A stretch of 64,000 bases of DNA, taken from a virus. Below the pieces are notes generated by a model. It was not told the origin of the DNA and did no database searches. It saw only the letters and a program-made list of their open reading frames with translations. The stretch spans positions 54,428 to 118,427 of the IMG/VR virus record IMGVR_UViG_3300010355_001758; one strand, given 5' to 3'. A program made the position numbers and the translations under genes. Shown in pieces: positions 19,606 to 28,453 of the stretch. Within the stretch, counting starts at the first letter, position 1; every line of letters begins with the position of its first letter.

Positions 19606-20172
19606 GTGGGCGCCAACGATCATTCCGGCGCCCGCGCAGGTGGGCGGAGCGAGTCCATCGACCTCATCGCCAAGTTGGCGGAGATGGGTGCCCGCCTCCA
19701 GTCGCTTGAGGCCGAGTCGCTGGCGTCGAAGTCCAGCCGGGTGGCGTTCAACGACAACATCAACACCCTGCTGACGCAGATGGCCGGAACTGTCGAAGCC
19801 CACGGTGCCGAGCTGGCCGAGTTCCGTCGCGCCATCTCCCAGATCGCGCGCATCGCCCAGGTGCTCGAGGGCGCCTTCGGGCAGGCCGGCCTGGTCGGAG
19901 AGGTGGCGCAGATGCGCCGCGACATCGCCGACTACAATGCGCGCCTCGGGGAGCTGGAGGCCAAGCTGGAGGCTAAGCTGGATCCCCGCGGCGTCGGGGC
20001 CACCACGCGCATCTCCCCGGCCGTCAGCAAGGGCGCCGACATGCGGGATAACATCATCTCGCTCCTGGTGAAGGTCATCCTCGCCCTCGCGGCACTGCTG
20101 GGCGCTGGCGCCATCGGCTCCAAGTACGGAGGGGTCCTCGATCCTGCCGCTGCCCCCACCACCGGAAAGTGA
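19606..20172 (+). CDS. Coiled-coil protein with C-terminal TM helix (possible lysis protein)
   Basis: Heptad-rich region followed by IISLLVKVILALAALLGAGAIG. Confidence 0.55.
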   Translation: MGANDHSGARAGGRSESIDLIAKLAEMGARLQSLEAESLASKSSRVAFNDNINTLLTQMAGTVEAHGAELAEFRRAISQIARIAQVLEGAFGQAGLVGEVAQMRRDIADYNARLGELEAKLEAKLDPRGVGATTRISPAVSKGADMRDNIISLLVKVILALAALLGAGAIGSKYGGVLDPAAAPTTGK

Positions 20173-20179
20173 GGTGCCC

Positions 20180-20458
20180 ATGCCCGCCGTCATCACGGCT
20201 GTCGTGGTCGTCAACATCCTGGTTGCCGCAGCCGTCGCCCTGCGCTGCATGCGCGCCCGCAAGGCGTGCGATCCGACCCAGCGGCTGTTCATGTGGGTGT
20301 GCTGCGCCTACGTCCTGTCCCGCGCCAGCCTGGTCCTGCCGCCCGCCCACGTCCCCGGCGACATAGCCGTCCTGTCGGCCACCATGGTCGACACCGTCCT
20401 GCTGGCGGCCATCTGGTCCTGGTGTCGGCGCTGCTGCCCCAGCATGGGCCCGTCCTAG
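20180..20458 (+). CDS. Small membrane protein (holin candidate)
   Basis: Three hydrophobic segments; GAGG RBS. Confidence 0.4.
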   Translation: MPAVITAVVVVNILVAAAVALRCMRARKACDPTQRLFMWVCCAYVLSRASLVLPPAHVPGDIAVLSATMVDTVLLAAIWSWCRRCCPSMGPS

Positions 20459-20515
20459 CGTCTTCCCACGCGGGTGCCGCGTTGTAGGCTACCCCCACGC
20501 GAAAGGGAGCCCCCA

Positions 20516-20917
20516 ATGGCATCCAGCCTGACCTACCTCGGTGAGAAGTACGCGCTGTTCGGCGACGGCGCCTCCAACGGGTCCATCGCCCGCCTGGCCA
20601 CCCACCTGCGCCTCTACACCACCGCGCCCACCAAGGCCGGAGGCGCCGTCGAGGTCGTCGGTACCGGCTATGCCGCCATCGTGATCTCGACCGTGGACTG
20701 GACCTTCACCCCGTCCCCCGGCATCGGCAGCCCCATGCAGATCCGGCTCGCCAACAAGCTGTTCACCGCAGGTGGGTCCTGGTTGAACGTGTCCGGCGCC
20801 TACATCACCGACGTCGGCGGGAACGCCCTGGCGTGGTGGGAGCGGTCGGCCGGGGCGGTCACGCTGTCGAACGGCGATACCCTCACCGCCGACCAGCTGA
20901 CCATCCGCTTCCCGTGA
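20516..20917 (+). CDS. Minor tail structural protein (related to 6927..7532)
   Basis: HLRLYTTAP...EVVGTGYA motif parallels that gene; GGGAG RBS. Confidence 0.55.
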   Translation: MASSLTYLGEKYALFGDGASNGSIARLATHLRLYTTAPTKAGGAVEVVGTGYAAIVISTVDWTFTPSPGIGSPMQIRLANKLFTAGGSWLNVSGAYITDVGGNALAWWERSAGAVTLSNGDTLTADQLTIRFP

Positions 20918-20930
20918 ACCGCCGTTTCAG
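20914..20930 (+). repeat. Dispersed 17-bp quasi-palindrome
   Basis: GTGAACCGCCGTTTCAG; supplies the stop. Confidence 0.9.
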
Positions 20931-20940
20931 GGATTGAGCC

Positions 20941-21951
20941 ATGAGCGACCTCAAGATCAGTCAGCTGACGTCCGTCGGCTCCCTGGCGCCGTCGGACGAG
21001 TTCGCCGTCGCGTCCGGGTCCTTCACGCGCAAGGCCACCGCCGCCCAGGTCGGCGCCTACGCGCTCACGGTCGTCAACGCGTTGAAGGGGGTCGCCAACG
21101 GGTTCGCCAGCCTGGACGCCTCCGCGCTCGTTCCGCTCGCGCAGCTGCCCCTGAGCCCCGAGTTCAATACGGCGGTGTTCGGCGTCAGCTCCGAGCGCCG
21201 CATCGTCCCGCGCTGCGTGCACATGCAGTCCGGGACCACCTACAACCTCTCCGCCGCCGACCCCGTCGGCCTGGTCCGGGCCTTCTTCAACAGCTCAGCC
21301 GCCACCGGCATCCCCGCGACGCTGTCGCCCGGTGTCTCTGGCTACATCGACACCCGCCCGGTCGGGCAGGCGATGGCGCTCCTCGGCCGCGAGTACATCG
21401 AGCTGGTCCACCTCGGCAGCGGGGTGTGGGCCACCGTCCGCCAGCGCATGGAGTGGCAGTCGTTCACCCCGGTGTGGGAGGGCAAGTCCAACGCGTTCTC
21501 CGCCCAGCCGTCGTATCTGTGCAGCCGGTTCGTGTGGCGTCGCGAGGGTCTGGACATGCGCATCGCGTGCAGCTTCGTCCGCGTCCCGGCTTCCTCCGGC
21601 AGCGTGAGCCCCGCCCAGCAGTACTTCATGCGTCTGCCTATGCCGCTTACGGCCGCCGCGCCGCGTTCGGACTTCGTCGCCCAGTACAACCCGCCCGGCT
21701 ATACCTCGTACCTGGTGTACGGCCCGCATGTCGGCCACGCCAATGCCGGTGTGCTGTGGTCCAACATCGGTGACGGTGCCGTCGTTCTGTGCCGCAATGA
21801 CGCCCTCACGCAGTGGGGTATCACGGCCTGGTGGAGCACCACCCAGCAGTGGGGCTCGCACGGTAGCGGGTACGCTGTCGCCACCTCGTATTCTGGCAGC
21901 GCCCCTATGTCCGTGTCCGTGGAGGCGCGCGTGCCCATGCAGGGCTGGTGA
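20941..21951 (+). CDS. Tail fibre-like protein
   Basis: MSDLKISQL N-terminus; KGVANGFASLD..VPLAQLP motif shared with 9723..12239. Confidence 0.6.
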   Translation: MSDLKISQLTSVGSLAPSDEFAVASGSFTRKATAAQVGAYALTVVNALKGVANGFASLDASALVPLAQLPLSPEFNTAVFGVSSERRIVPRCVHMQSGTTYNLSAADPVGLVRAFFNSSAATGIPATLSPGVSGYIDTRPVGQAMALLGREYIELVHLGSGVWATVRQRMEWQSFTPVWEGKSNAFSAQPSYLCSRFVWRREGLDMRIACSFVRVPASSGSVSPAQQYFMRLPMPLTAAAPRSDFVAQYNPPGYTSYLVYGPHVGHANAGVLWSNIGDGAVVLCRNDALTQWGITAWWSTTQQWGSHGSGYAVATSYSGSAPMSVSVEARVPMQGW

Positions 21952-21959
21952 GGTAGGGA

Positions 21960-24434
21960 GTGGCCGACTACCTCGTACAGGAGAACGGTAGCCGGATCCT
22001 GCTCGAGGACCCCGTCGTACCCGGAGACGCCCTCCTCCTGGAGGACCTGACCCTCCAGGACTTCGGCGACATCGAGGTGTCCCCGCAGCTGGATGCGCCG
22101 ACCGACTCGCGCCTCGTGTACGCCGGTCTCCTCGACGGCCTGGCCGAGATCTTCGTCGAGTTCTCCGGCGCCGCCGTGGTGCCGCTGCGCGTGTCCGGCG
22201 AGATCGAGGTGTTGCCGCTCCTGCGCGGGAACCTGTTCGTGCTCCTGTTCGGGGCGCAGGCGCTCCCCGTGCGCGCCCTGCTGCAGGGCTCCATCGACGT
22301 GCACCCCGAGATGGGCGGTATCGTCTACACCTACCCGTACCAGACCGTCGATGTCGTCGTCGCCCGGACCGCGCAGACGGTGCAGACGCCGTTGCTCACC
22401 AGCGCCGGGCAGCTCCTCAACGCGTTCGTCTACCCCGGCCAGGAGGTGCAGCTCGACCCCGCGTACTCCGCGCCGTTCCTGCACGACCAGGTGTGGAACC
22501 TCGTCGACCTGTTCCTGCTGGACATCCGCCGCATCCGCGTTCCCCGGTTCTACGATACCGACGGGACGCCGGAGGACTTCGTCACCCTGCACGAGCGTCC
22601 GGTGCTGTGGGCCAGCTTCGACGCGGATCGCGACGTCATCCGCGTCGGCCGCAACACCGACGACGGGCTGGCCCAGGCGGTCTACGGGGTTGCGCTCGAC
22701 CCGTCGGCGGCGCGCCTGACTCGGGACAGCGTCGTCGCCGACACGCACGGCGTGGCCGAGTTCTCCGTGGTCCGCGCCCTCGGGGCGCCGCCGGCGCGGT
22801 TCCAGTTCTCTATCGTCGATCGGACGCACGCCGACGTGGTCATCGCCCTGGATAACTCCAGGACCAGCGTGGCTCCCGGCCTACCCCCGCCGCCTGTTCC
22901 CGAGCCGGTGCAGCAGCACGTCGTGTACGCGCGAGGCGTGCACGTGTGCAACGGCGTATCGGCCACGCCCAAGAACAACACCAGTATCTACACCTACCAG
23001 GTTGCGCGCGGCCTCGGCGACGTGCGCGAGCTCAAGCTGGTGTACATCGGCTGGTACTACACCGGCGGCGTCGACCTGCCGTGCCCGGCGCAGTACACCG
23101 TCAAGGTGGCGGTGGTCCACAACGGCACCGTCTATCCCGTGACGCTGAATGGGTCTAGGAACATCGTTGTCGATCCCGACCAGAACGTCGTGACCGACCC
23201 CATCGCCGGGCTGGTGGTGGCGGAGGGGGACGTCATCACCGTCAGGACGTACCCGACGTCCACCGGCAACGTGCCCAACATGAACGGCCACAACTACCTC
23301 GAGACCATCAACGGGGTCGACGGGCGCGCTGTCGGGGACCAGGTCGATGCCGTCACGCCTCCGACCACGACCGGTGCCACCGCGATGACCGGGCCGCTGC
23401 TCGTCCTCGGTACCCCGGCCAAGCGGAACCGCCCCTTCGCCGTGTTCGGAGACGGGATCATCCTCGGCATGACCGACTTCGGCGCGGTCGTCGATCCCGG
23501 TGATTCCCCCTACGTCGGTGCCGGGTGGGGCCGGCGCTCCATCTACAAGGCCGGGCGACCCGGCCTGTGCCTGGCCTACCGCGCTTCCGTCACCGGCTCC
23601 TCGCTCGTCCGCCGTCGCCCCATCGTCGAGATGGCGACGTGCGAGGGCATCCTGTTCCAGACCGGGGCCAACGACATCTACGCCAACATCCCGGCGGCGC
23701 AGATCGTCAACTCCATGCGTAACGCCTGGCAGCAGCTCAGCGAGTTCGCCCCCGTGCTGCAGGGTACAATCACTCCGCAGACCACGAGTACCGACGACTG
23801 GGCGACCCTCGCCAACCAGGGTCTGCGCACCACGACTCCGCCCGGCAACTTCGGACCCGGCGGCCTCAAGGAGCAGGTGAACGACCTGCTGCGCAACCTC
23901 GATGTGGACAACGAGCCGTACCTGGCCGGCATCCTGGACATCTCCGACGCCGGCGTTGGAGGCATCCAGTCGTCGCCCAACTCCGGCAAGTGGTACGTCA
24001 CCGGGGTGCCCAACCAGGTGACGCGCGACGGTGCCTGGGTCATGCCCTTCGGCGCTGATCGCATCGCCGATTACGCCTGGCAGGCGCTCCGCTCCTCGCA
24101 GAAGCCGGCGTGCGCCGTCGCTCCCGTTGTCACCGGGTTGCCGACCATCGGGGCCACGATTACGTGCGACTCCGGCGTGTGGCAGGTGGACTGCGCCAAG
24201 GATTACCAGTGGCTGCGCGACGGCGTAGCCATCCCCGGGGCGCTCGGTATCACCTACACCCTTGGGCCCGCCGACGTCGGAGCCCGCATCTCGTGCCGCG
24301 TTACCGCCCTGTCCCTGGGCGGGACGACGCGCGTTGTCAGCAACCGCCTCGAGCCCACCGCCGACTCCCTGCCGCTCGACTTCAGCGACTCTTTCGCCTC
24401 CGGTCTCATCGCCACCGTCAGTGGCTCCATCTAA
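21960..24434 (+). CDS. Virion protein with SGNH-hydrolase-like and Ig-like domains
   Basis: FGDGI and GANDI blocks; C-terminal YQWLRDGVAIPGA...YTL..ADVG Ig-like module. Confidence 0.65.
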   Translation: MADYLVQENGSRILLEDPVVPGDALLLEDLTLQDFGDIEVSPQLDAPTDSRLVYAGLLDGLAEIFVEFSGAAVVPLRVSGEIEVLPLLRGNLFVLLFGAQALPVRALLQGSIDVHPEMGGIVYTYPYQTVDVVVARTAQTVQTPLLTSAGQLLNAFVYPGQEVQLDPAYSAPFLHDQVWNLVDLFLLDIRRIRVPRFYDTDGTPEDFVTLHERPVLWASFDADRDVIRVGRNTDDGLAQAVYGVALDPSAARLTRDSVVADTHGVAEFSVVRALGAPPARFQFSIVDRTHADVVIALDNSRTSVAPGLPPPPVPEPVQQHVVYARGVHVCNGVSATPKNNTSIYTYQVARGLGDVRELKLVYIGWYYTGGVDLPCPAQYTVKVAVVHNGTVYPVTLNGSRNIVVDPDQNVVTDPIAGLVVAEGDVITVRTYPTSTGNVPNMNGHNYLETINGVDGRAVGDQVDAVTPPTTTGATAMTGPLLVLGTPAKRNRPFAVFGDGIILGMTDFGAVVDPGDSPYVGAGWGRRSIYKAGRPGLCLAYRASVTGSSLVRRRPIVEMATCEGILFQTGANDIYANIPAAQIVNSMRNAWQQLSEFAPVLQGTITPQTTSTDDWATLANQGLRTTTPPGNFGPGGLKEQVNDLLRNLDVDNEPYLAGILDISDAGVGGIQSSPNSGKWYVTGVPNQVTRDGAWVMPFGADRIADYAWQALRSSQKPACAVAPVVTGLPTIGATITCDSGVWQVDCAKDYQWLRDGVAIPGALGITYTLGPADVGARISCRVTALSLGGTTRVVSNRLEPTADSLPLDFSDSFASGLIATVSGSI

Positions 24435-24443
24435 GGATCTCCC

Positions 24444-26306
24444 ATGCCGCAGCCCACCGTACAGGTCAAAGACGCCCTCGGGTTGACGCAGACCATCAAT
24501 ACGATCAACCCCAACGGTCCCGCCGCGTCCGCCGACGCTCAGCCGGTGGTGATCGCCAACGACCAGACGGTGCCGGTGTCGATCGCCGCCCCGGTCGCGA
24601 TCGACGACTCCACCCCCGTCGACGTGGCCATCCCGGCGCCCATCACCGTGGACACCTCGACCCCGCTCCAGGTCGCCGCGACCGCCGATCTCCCCGTCTC
24701 GATCGCGGCCCCCGTGGCGGTGACCAGCGCGGCCCCGCTGGTCATCGACGACTCTACCCCGGTGGACGTCGCCATCCCCGCTCCGATTACCGTCGATACC
24801 TCGACCCCGCTCCAGGTGGCCGCGACCGCCGACCTGCCGGTGTCCATTGCGGCGCCCGTCGTCATCGATGATACCACACCCGTCGATGTGGCGATCCCCG
24901 CCCCCATCACGGTCGATACCTCGACCCCGCTCCAGGTCGCCGCGACCGCCGATCTCCCGGTCTCGATCGCCGCTCCTGTCGTCGTCGATGACTCCACGCC
25001 CATCGACGTCGCGGTCCCGGCCCCGATCACCGTCGATACCACGACCCCTCTGGACGTCGCCGTCGCCGGCACCGTCCCCGTGTCGATCGCCGCCACCGTT
25101 CCTACCAGCATCGCCGACGGCCCGAACCTCGACGCCTTCTCCCGTCTGCGCGTCAGTTCTCCCACTCTGCTGCTCGAGGTGAAGCGCGTCGGCGACGCCG
25201 GCGTGAACCCGGCGAACTTGATGACCAGTACCGTCGTCGGGTCCGGTGCCCTCACGGCCGACATCGCCCGCGACCAGCTGACGGTGACCGGCAACGTGTT
25301 CGGCATCGCCCGCCGCGCCACCAAGAGCCGGGCCGTGTACCAGCCCGGCAAGAGCCTGCTCATCTTCATCACCTTCCAGGCGGCCGTCTATGATACCGGT
25401 GTCGCTGCCCGCATCGGCTATTTCGATGACAATGACGGGTTCTTTCTCCACGTGACCGCCGGCGGTGCGTTGGCGATGGGTAGGCGCGCCGACGTCACCG
25501 GGTCTCCTTCCGACTTCACCGTCAGCCAGGCCGGGTGGAACCTCGACAAGCTGAACGGAACCGGCCCGAGCGGCCTCACCCTCGACGTGACCAAGGCGCA
25601 GATCCTCGTCATCGACATGGAGTGGTTGGGTGCCGGTCGCGTCCGCATGGGTTTCGTCATCAACGGCAAGATCTACTACGCGCACGAGTTCAACCACGCG
25701 AACTCGATCAGCACCGGCGTCTATATCGGCAATCCGAACCTGACGCTCCGCTGGGAGATCCAGTCGAGCACCTCCGGGACCGCCGCGACCAACACCCTGC
25801 TGGCCATCTGCGGCCAGGTGTCCAGCGAGGGCGGGTACGAGACCAACGGCGTCACCGCAAGCACCGACATGGGCAACACGGTGAACGCCATCGCCTCCGG
25901 GGCCACCGAGGAGATCCTGGCCATCCGCATCAAGTCCGCGAATCGCCAGTATGCCACTGCGTTCGTCCAGGCGCTCTCTGTGATCGCTGCTTCGTCCAGC
26001 AACTTCCTGTGGCGGTTGGTGGTCAACCCGACCGAGACCGGTGCCGGTACGTGGAGCGATGTCGCCACCGGCAGCAGCATCATGGAGAAGAACACGACCC
26101 GCACGGTCACCGCCGGCACCGGGATAGTCGTCGCCTCCGGGTACGTCGCCTCCGCCGTGAATGCCACGCATATCGATGAGCGCCCCGTCCTGACGCTGGG
26201 CCAGACGCTCGCCGGCGTGGGGGACGTCTATTCGCTCCAGGTCTTGAACCTGGGTGTCGGCAGCGAGGACTACCTCGGCAGCCTGACCTGGCGCGAGGTC
26301 TACTGA
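24444..26306 (+). CDS. Virion protein with 40-aa tandem repeats and lectin-like C-terminal domain
   Basis: DAFSRLRVS, YQPGK, IDMEWLGAGRVRMGF motifs; internal repeats. Confidence 0.6.
   Translation: MPQPTVQVKDALGLTQTINTINPNGPAASADAQPVVIANDQTVPVSIAAPVAIDDSTPVDVAIPAPITVDTSTPLQVAATADLPVSIAAPVAVTSAAPLVIDDSTPVDVAIPAPITVDTSTPLQVAATADLPVSIAAPVVIDDTTPVDVAIPAPITVDTSTPLQVAATADLPVSIAAPVVVDDSTPIDVAVPAPITVDTTTPLDVAVAGTVPVSIAATVPTSIADGPNLDAFSRLRVSSPTLLLEVKRVGDAGVNPANLMTSTVVGSGALTADIARDQLTVTGNVFGIARRATKSRAVYQPGKSLLIFITFQAAVYDTGVAARIGYFDDNDGFFLHVTAGGALAMGRRADVTGSPSDFTVSQAGWNLDKLNGTGPSGLTLDVTKAQILVIDMEWLGAGRVRMGFVINGKIYYAHEFNHANSISTGVYIGNPNLTLRWEIQSSTSGTAATNTLLAICGQVSSEGGYETNGVTASTDMGNTVNAIASGATEEILAIRIKSANRQYATAFVQALSVIAASSSNFLWRLVVNPTETGAGTWSDVATGSSIMEKNTTRTVTAGTGIVVASGYVASAVNATHIDERPVLTLGQTLAGVGDVYSLQVLNLGVGSEDYLGSLTWREVY
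24570..25095 (+). repeat. About four copies of a 40-aa coding repeat
   Basis: VSIAAPVxIDDSTPVDVAIPAPITVDTSTPLQVAATADLP repeated with synonymous variation. Confidence 0.85.
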
Positions 26307-26311
26307 CCTTC

Positions 26312-26328
26312 GTGAACCGCCGTTTCAG
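26312..26328 (+). repeat. Dispersed 17-bp quasi-palindrome
   Basis: GTGAACCGCCGTTTCAG, intergenic. Confidence 0.9.
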
Positions 26329-26473
26329 GGTTTCGCGGTTTCACAAACCTTAGCGTTTGCTTATATCGTTTGCTGAGAGCGCTAACTAGCTCGCTCGCTT
26401 CGCTCTAATCTCTCTATCTATACTTCGTATAGATAGAGATCTTCTCGCTCCGCTCGCTCGCCTCACAACCCTC
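26329..26473. other. AT-rich intergenic region with 13-bp hairpin (candidate replication origin)
   Basis: TCTCTATCTATAC-TTC-GTATAGATAGAGA at 26411..26439, flanked by GCTC/TCGC repeats and two 17-bp motifs. Confidence 0.45.
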
Positions 26474-26490
26474 GTGAACCGCCGTTTCAG
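26474..26490 (+). repeat. Dispersed 17-bp quasi-palindrome
   Basis: GTGAACCGCCGTTTCAG, 5 nt upstream of a putative -35. Confidence 0.9.
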
Positions 26491-26495
26491 CCGGA

Positions 26496-26523
26496 TTGCT
26501 CCGCCGGAGGGGTCCCGTACGTT
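26496..26523 (+). promoter_or_regulatory. Putative promoter (leaderless)
   Basis: TTGCTC-N16-TACGTT, 6 nt before ATG 26530. Confidence 0.45.
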
Positions 26524-26529
26524 CGCGGC

Positions 26530-26955
26530 ATGGTCACCGACCGTGTCCGCCTCATGTCGCAGTCCGATCTCATCCTCGAGCTCGGTGCCCGGGCTGCGAT
26601 GCAGCACTTCGGGGCGCGCCACGACGAGGTGCGCGAGGCCGCCGACCTCGCCCTGGTGACCCGCAGCAAGGAGGACATCGCCCGCATCCAGGCCCGGGTA
26701 GCTGCCCGTCGGCTGTTCCGTAGGGCCGTGGCGGCAGAGCGTCGGTCCCCGCTCGTGTTCCGCCGGCTCTCGTCGGATCCGGCGCGCGCCGTGGCTGCCC
26801 ACTACGGCATCCACCGGAACGTCGCGTTCCGACTCGGTGTCATGTTCCGGGACCTTGCCCGACGCATGGGGATGGCCGAGGATCGGCTCCTCAACCGCAT
26901 AGAGGAGGACGCGCGTGGCGAAGATCCGCGTACACGTCGGCGTGATCGACGCTGA
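26530..26955 (+). CDS. Basic hypothetical protein
   Basis: Arg-rich; first gene of the replication block. Confidence 0.5.
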   Translation: MVTDRVRLMSQSDLILELGARAAMQHFGARHDEVREAADLALVTRSKEDIARIQARVAARRLFRRAVAAERRSPLVFRRLSSDPARAVAAHYGIHRNVAFRLGVMFRDLARRMGMAEDRLLNRIEEDARGEDPRTRRRDRR

Positions 26956-28453
26956 GGTAGACTGCAAGGCCGGGCTGTGCGATAAGCTGCTGGCCATCCC
27001 CGACCCCGCGTTGGCGTGGGACCGGGCCGTCCACCTGCGGCTCAGCGACGGGTTGAAGCACTTCTTCGACACCGACACGCGTCGGTACCCCGCCGGCCTG
27101 ACGCATCGCCTGGTGGCGCGCCTGACGAAGCGCGGACACGAGGTCGAGCTGCTGCGTGAACCGCCGTTCCAGTTCGAGGCCGTGGAGGTGGACTACCTGG
27201 TCGGGGTGAACCTGCGCGACTACCAGGTCGAGGCCGTCGATGCGGCGCTGACCCACGCCCGCGGCATCCTGTGGATGGCGACCAACTCCGGCAAGAGCGC
27301 CGTCATTGCCGTCGTGGCCGGAAAGCTCGTGCGGGAGGCGCGGAAGGCGGTCGTCGTGGTCGTGCCCAACGCCTACCTGCTCCACCAGACGTCGTCCGAC
27401 ATCTCCAGGTTGCTGGGTCCCGATGTGCGGGTCGGGGTGGCCGGGGACGGCAAGCGGGTGCTGAAGTGCGACGTCCTCGTCGGGACCTACCAGACGCTCA
27501 TGGCCGGGGCCCCGCGAGGCAGGCAGAGCCCAGAGGACCCAGAGCTGGCGGCGTGGCTGGCCCGGGCCGGGGCGGTCCTCGTCGACGAGGCGCACCACGC
27601 GGCCTCGGACGCCTATGAGCGCATCCTCCGCAGCTGCACCGTCGCCCACTACCGGCTCGGGTTCACCGGGTCGCTGGACAAGAGCGACAAGAGGGCCGCC
27701 GGCGAGCGCAAGGAGGGGTCGGACGTCTCCTCGCGCATGCACCGGTGGCGGGTGGAGGCGTGGCTGGGGCCGCTCCTGTACCGCGTGGACAACGAGTTCC
27801 TGATCTCCAACGGGTACAGCGCCGTCCCCAGGTTCTACATCGTGCGCGACCGACAGGCGTTCGGTCCCGTCGTCAAGACCCCGCGCCCGAACCCCAATGC
27901 GCGCGGGCGCGCCGCGCAGATCTACAACCATGTCTTCACGCTGGCGTGCATCCGCGATACGAAGTGGCACCGGACCGTCGTGGCCGTCGTGCGGCATCTC
28001 CTGTCCCTGGAGCGGCCGCCGTTCGTGTTCAGCCACTCCGTCGTGCTGTTGGACGCCCTGTCGGCGGCCATGACCGCCGGAGGGGTGCCCCACCGGGTGC
28101 TGCACGGCGACCACGAGACCGACGACCGCCGTCGCGTCGTCAAGGAGTTCGAGGCCCACGGGGACTTCGCCGTGCTGGCCTCCTCGATCTTCGACGAGGG
28201 TGCCTCGATCCCCGCCATCAAGTCCGTCGTGTTCGCCGGCGCCCGCAAGAGTCCCGTCGAGCTGCTCCAGAGGATCGGTCGCGGGGTGCGCCGCAAGGCC
28301 GGCGATAACTCCGTGATCGTCGTCGATTTCGATCCCGTGCATACCACCATGCTGCACGACCACTTCGAGGCGCGCCTTGCCTCCTACCGGGACGAAGGGT
28401 TCAAGATCCGTTATGTCGATGACATCCTCCAGATCCCCGGCGTCATCGTGTGA
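26915..28453 (+). CDS. SF2 DEAH helicase (UvsW-like)
   Basis: LRDYQ, MATNSGKS, DEAHH, TGS, QRIGRGVR motifs. Confidence 0.9.
   Translation: MAKIRVHVGVIDAEVDCKAGLCDKLLAIPDPALAWDRAVHLRLSDGLKHFFDTDTRRYPAGLTHRLVARLTKRGHEVELLREPPFQFEAVEVDYLVGVNLRDYQVEAVDAALTHARGILWMATNSGKSAVIAVVAGKLVREARKAVVVVVPNAYLLHQTSSDISRLLGPDVRVGVAGDGKRVLKCDVLVGTYQTLMAGAPRGRQSPEDPELAAWLARAGAVLVDEAHHAASDAYERILRSCTVAHYRLGFTGSLDKSDKRAAGERKEGSDVSSRMHRWRVEAWLGPLLYRVDNEFLISNGYSAVPRFYIVRDRQAFGPVVKTPRPNPNARGRAAQIYNHVFTLACIRDTKWHRTVVAVVRHLLSLERPPFVFSHSVVLLDALSAAMTAGGVPHRVLHGDHETDDRRRVVKEFEAHGDFAVLASSIFDEGASIPAIKSVVFAGARKSPVELLQRIGRGVRRKAGDNSVIVVDFDPVHTTMLHDHFEARLASYRDEGFKIRYVDDILQIPGVIV
27156..27172 (+). repeat. 17-bp motif variant
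   Basis: GTGAACCGCCGTTCCAG, intragenic (REPPFQ). Confidence 0.8.

Noticed and set aside
22881..26171. Long minus-strand ORFs (e.g. 1096 aa here, 5076..7001, 40689..42830)
   Set aside because: Antisense shadows of high-GC3 plus-strand genes; no recognisable motifs.
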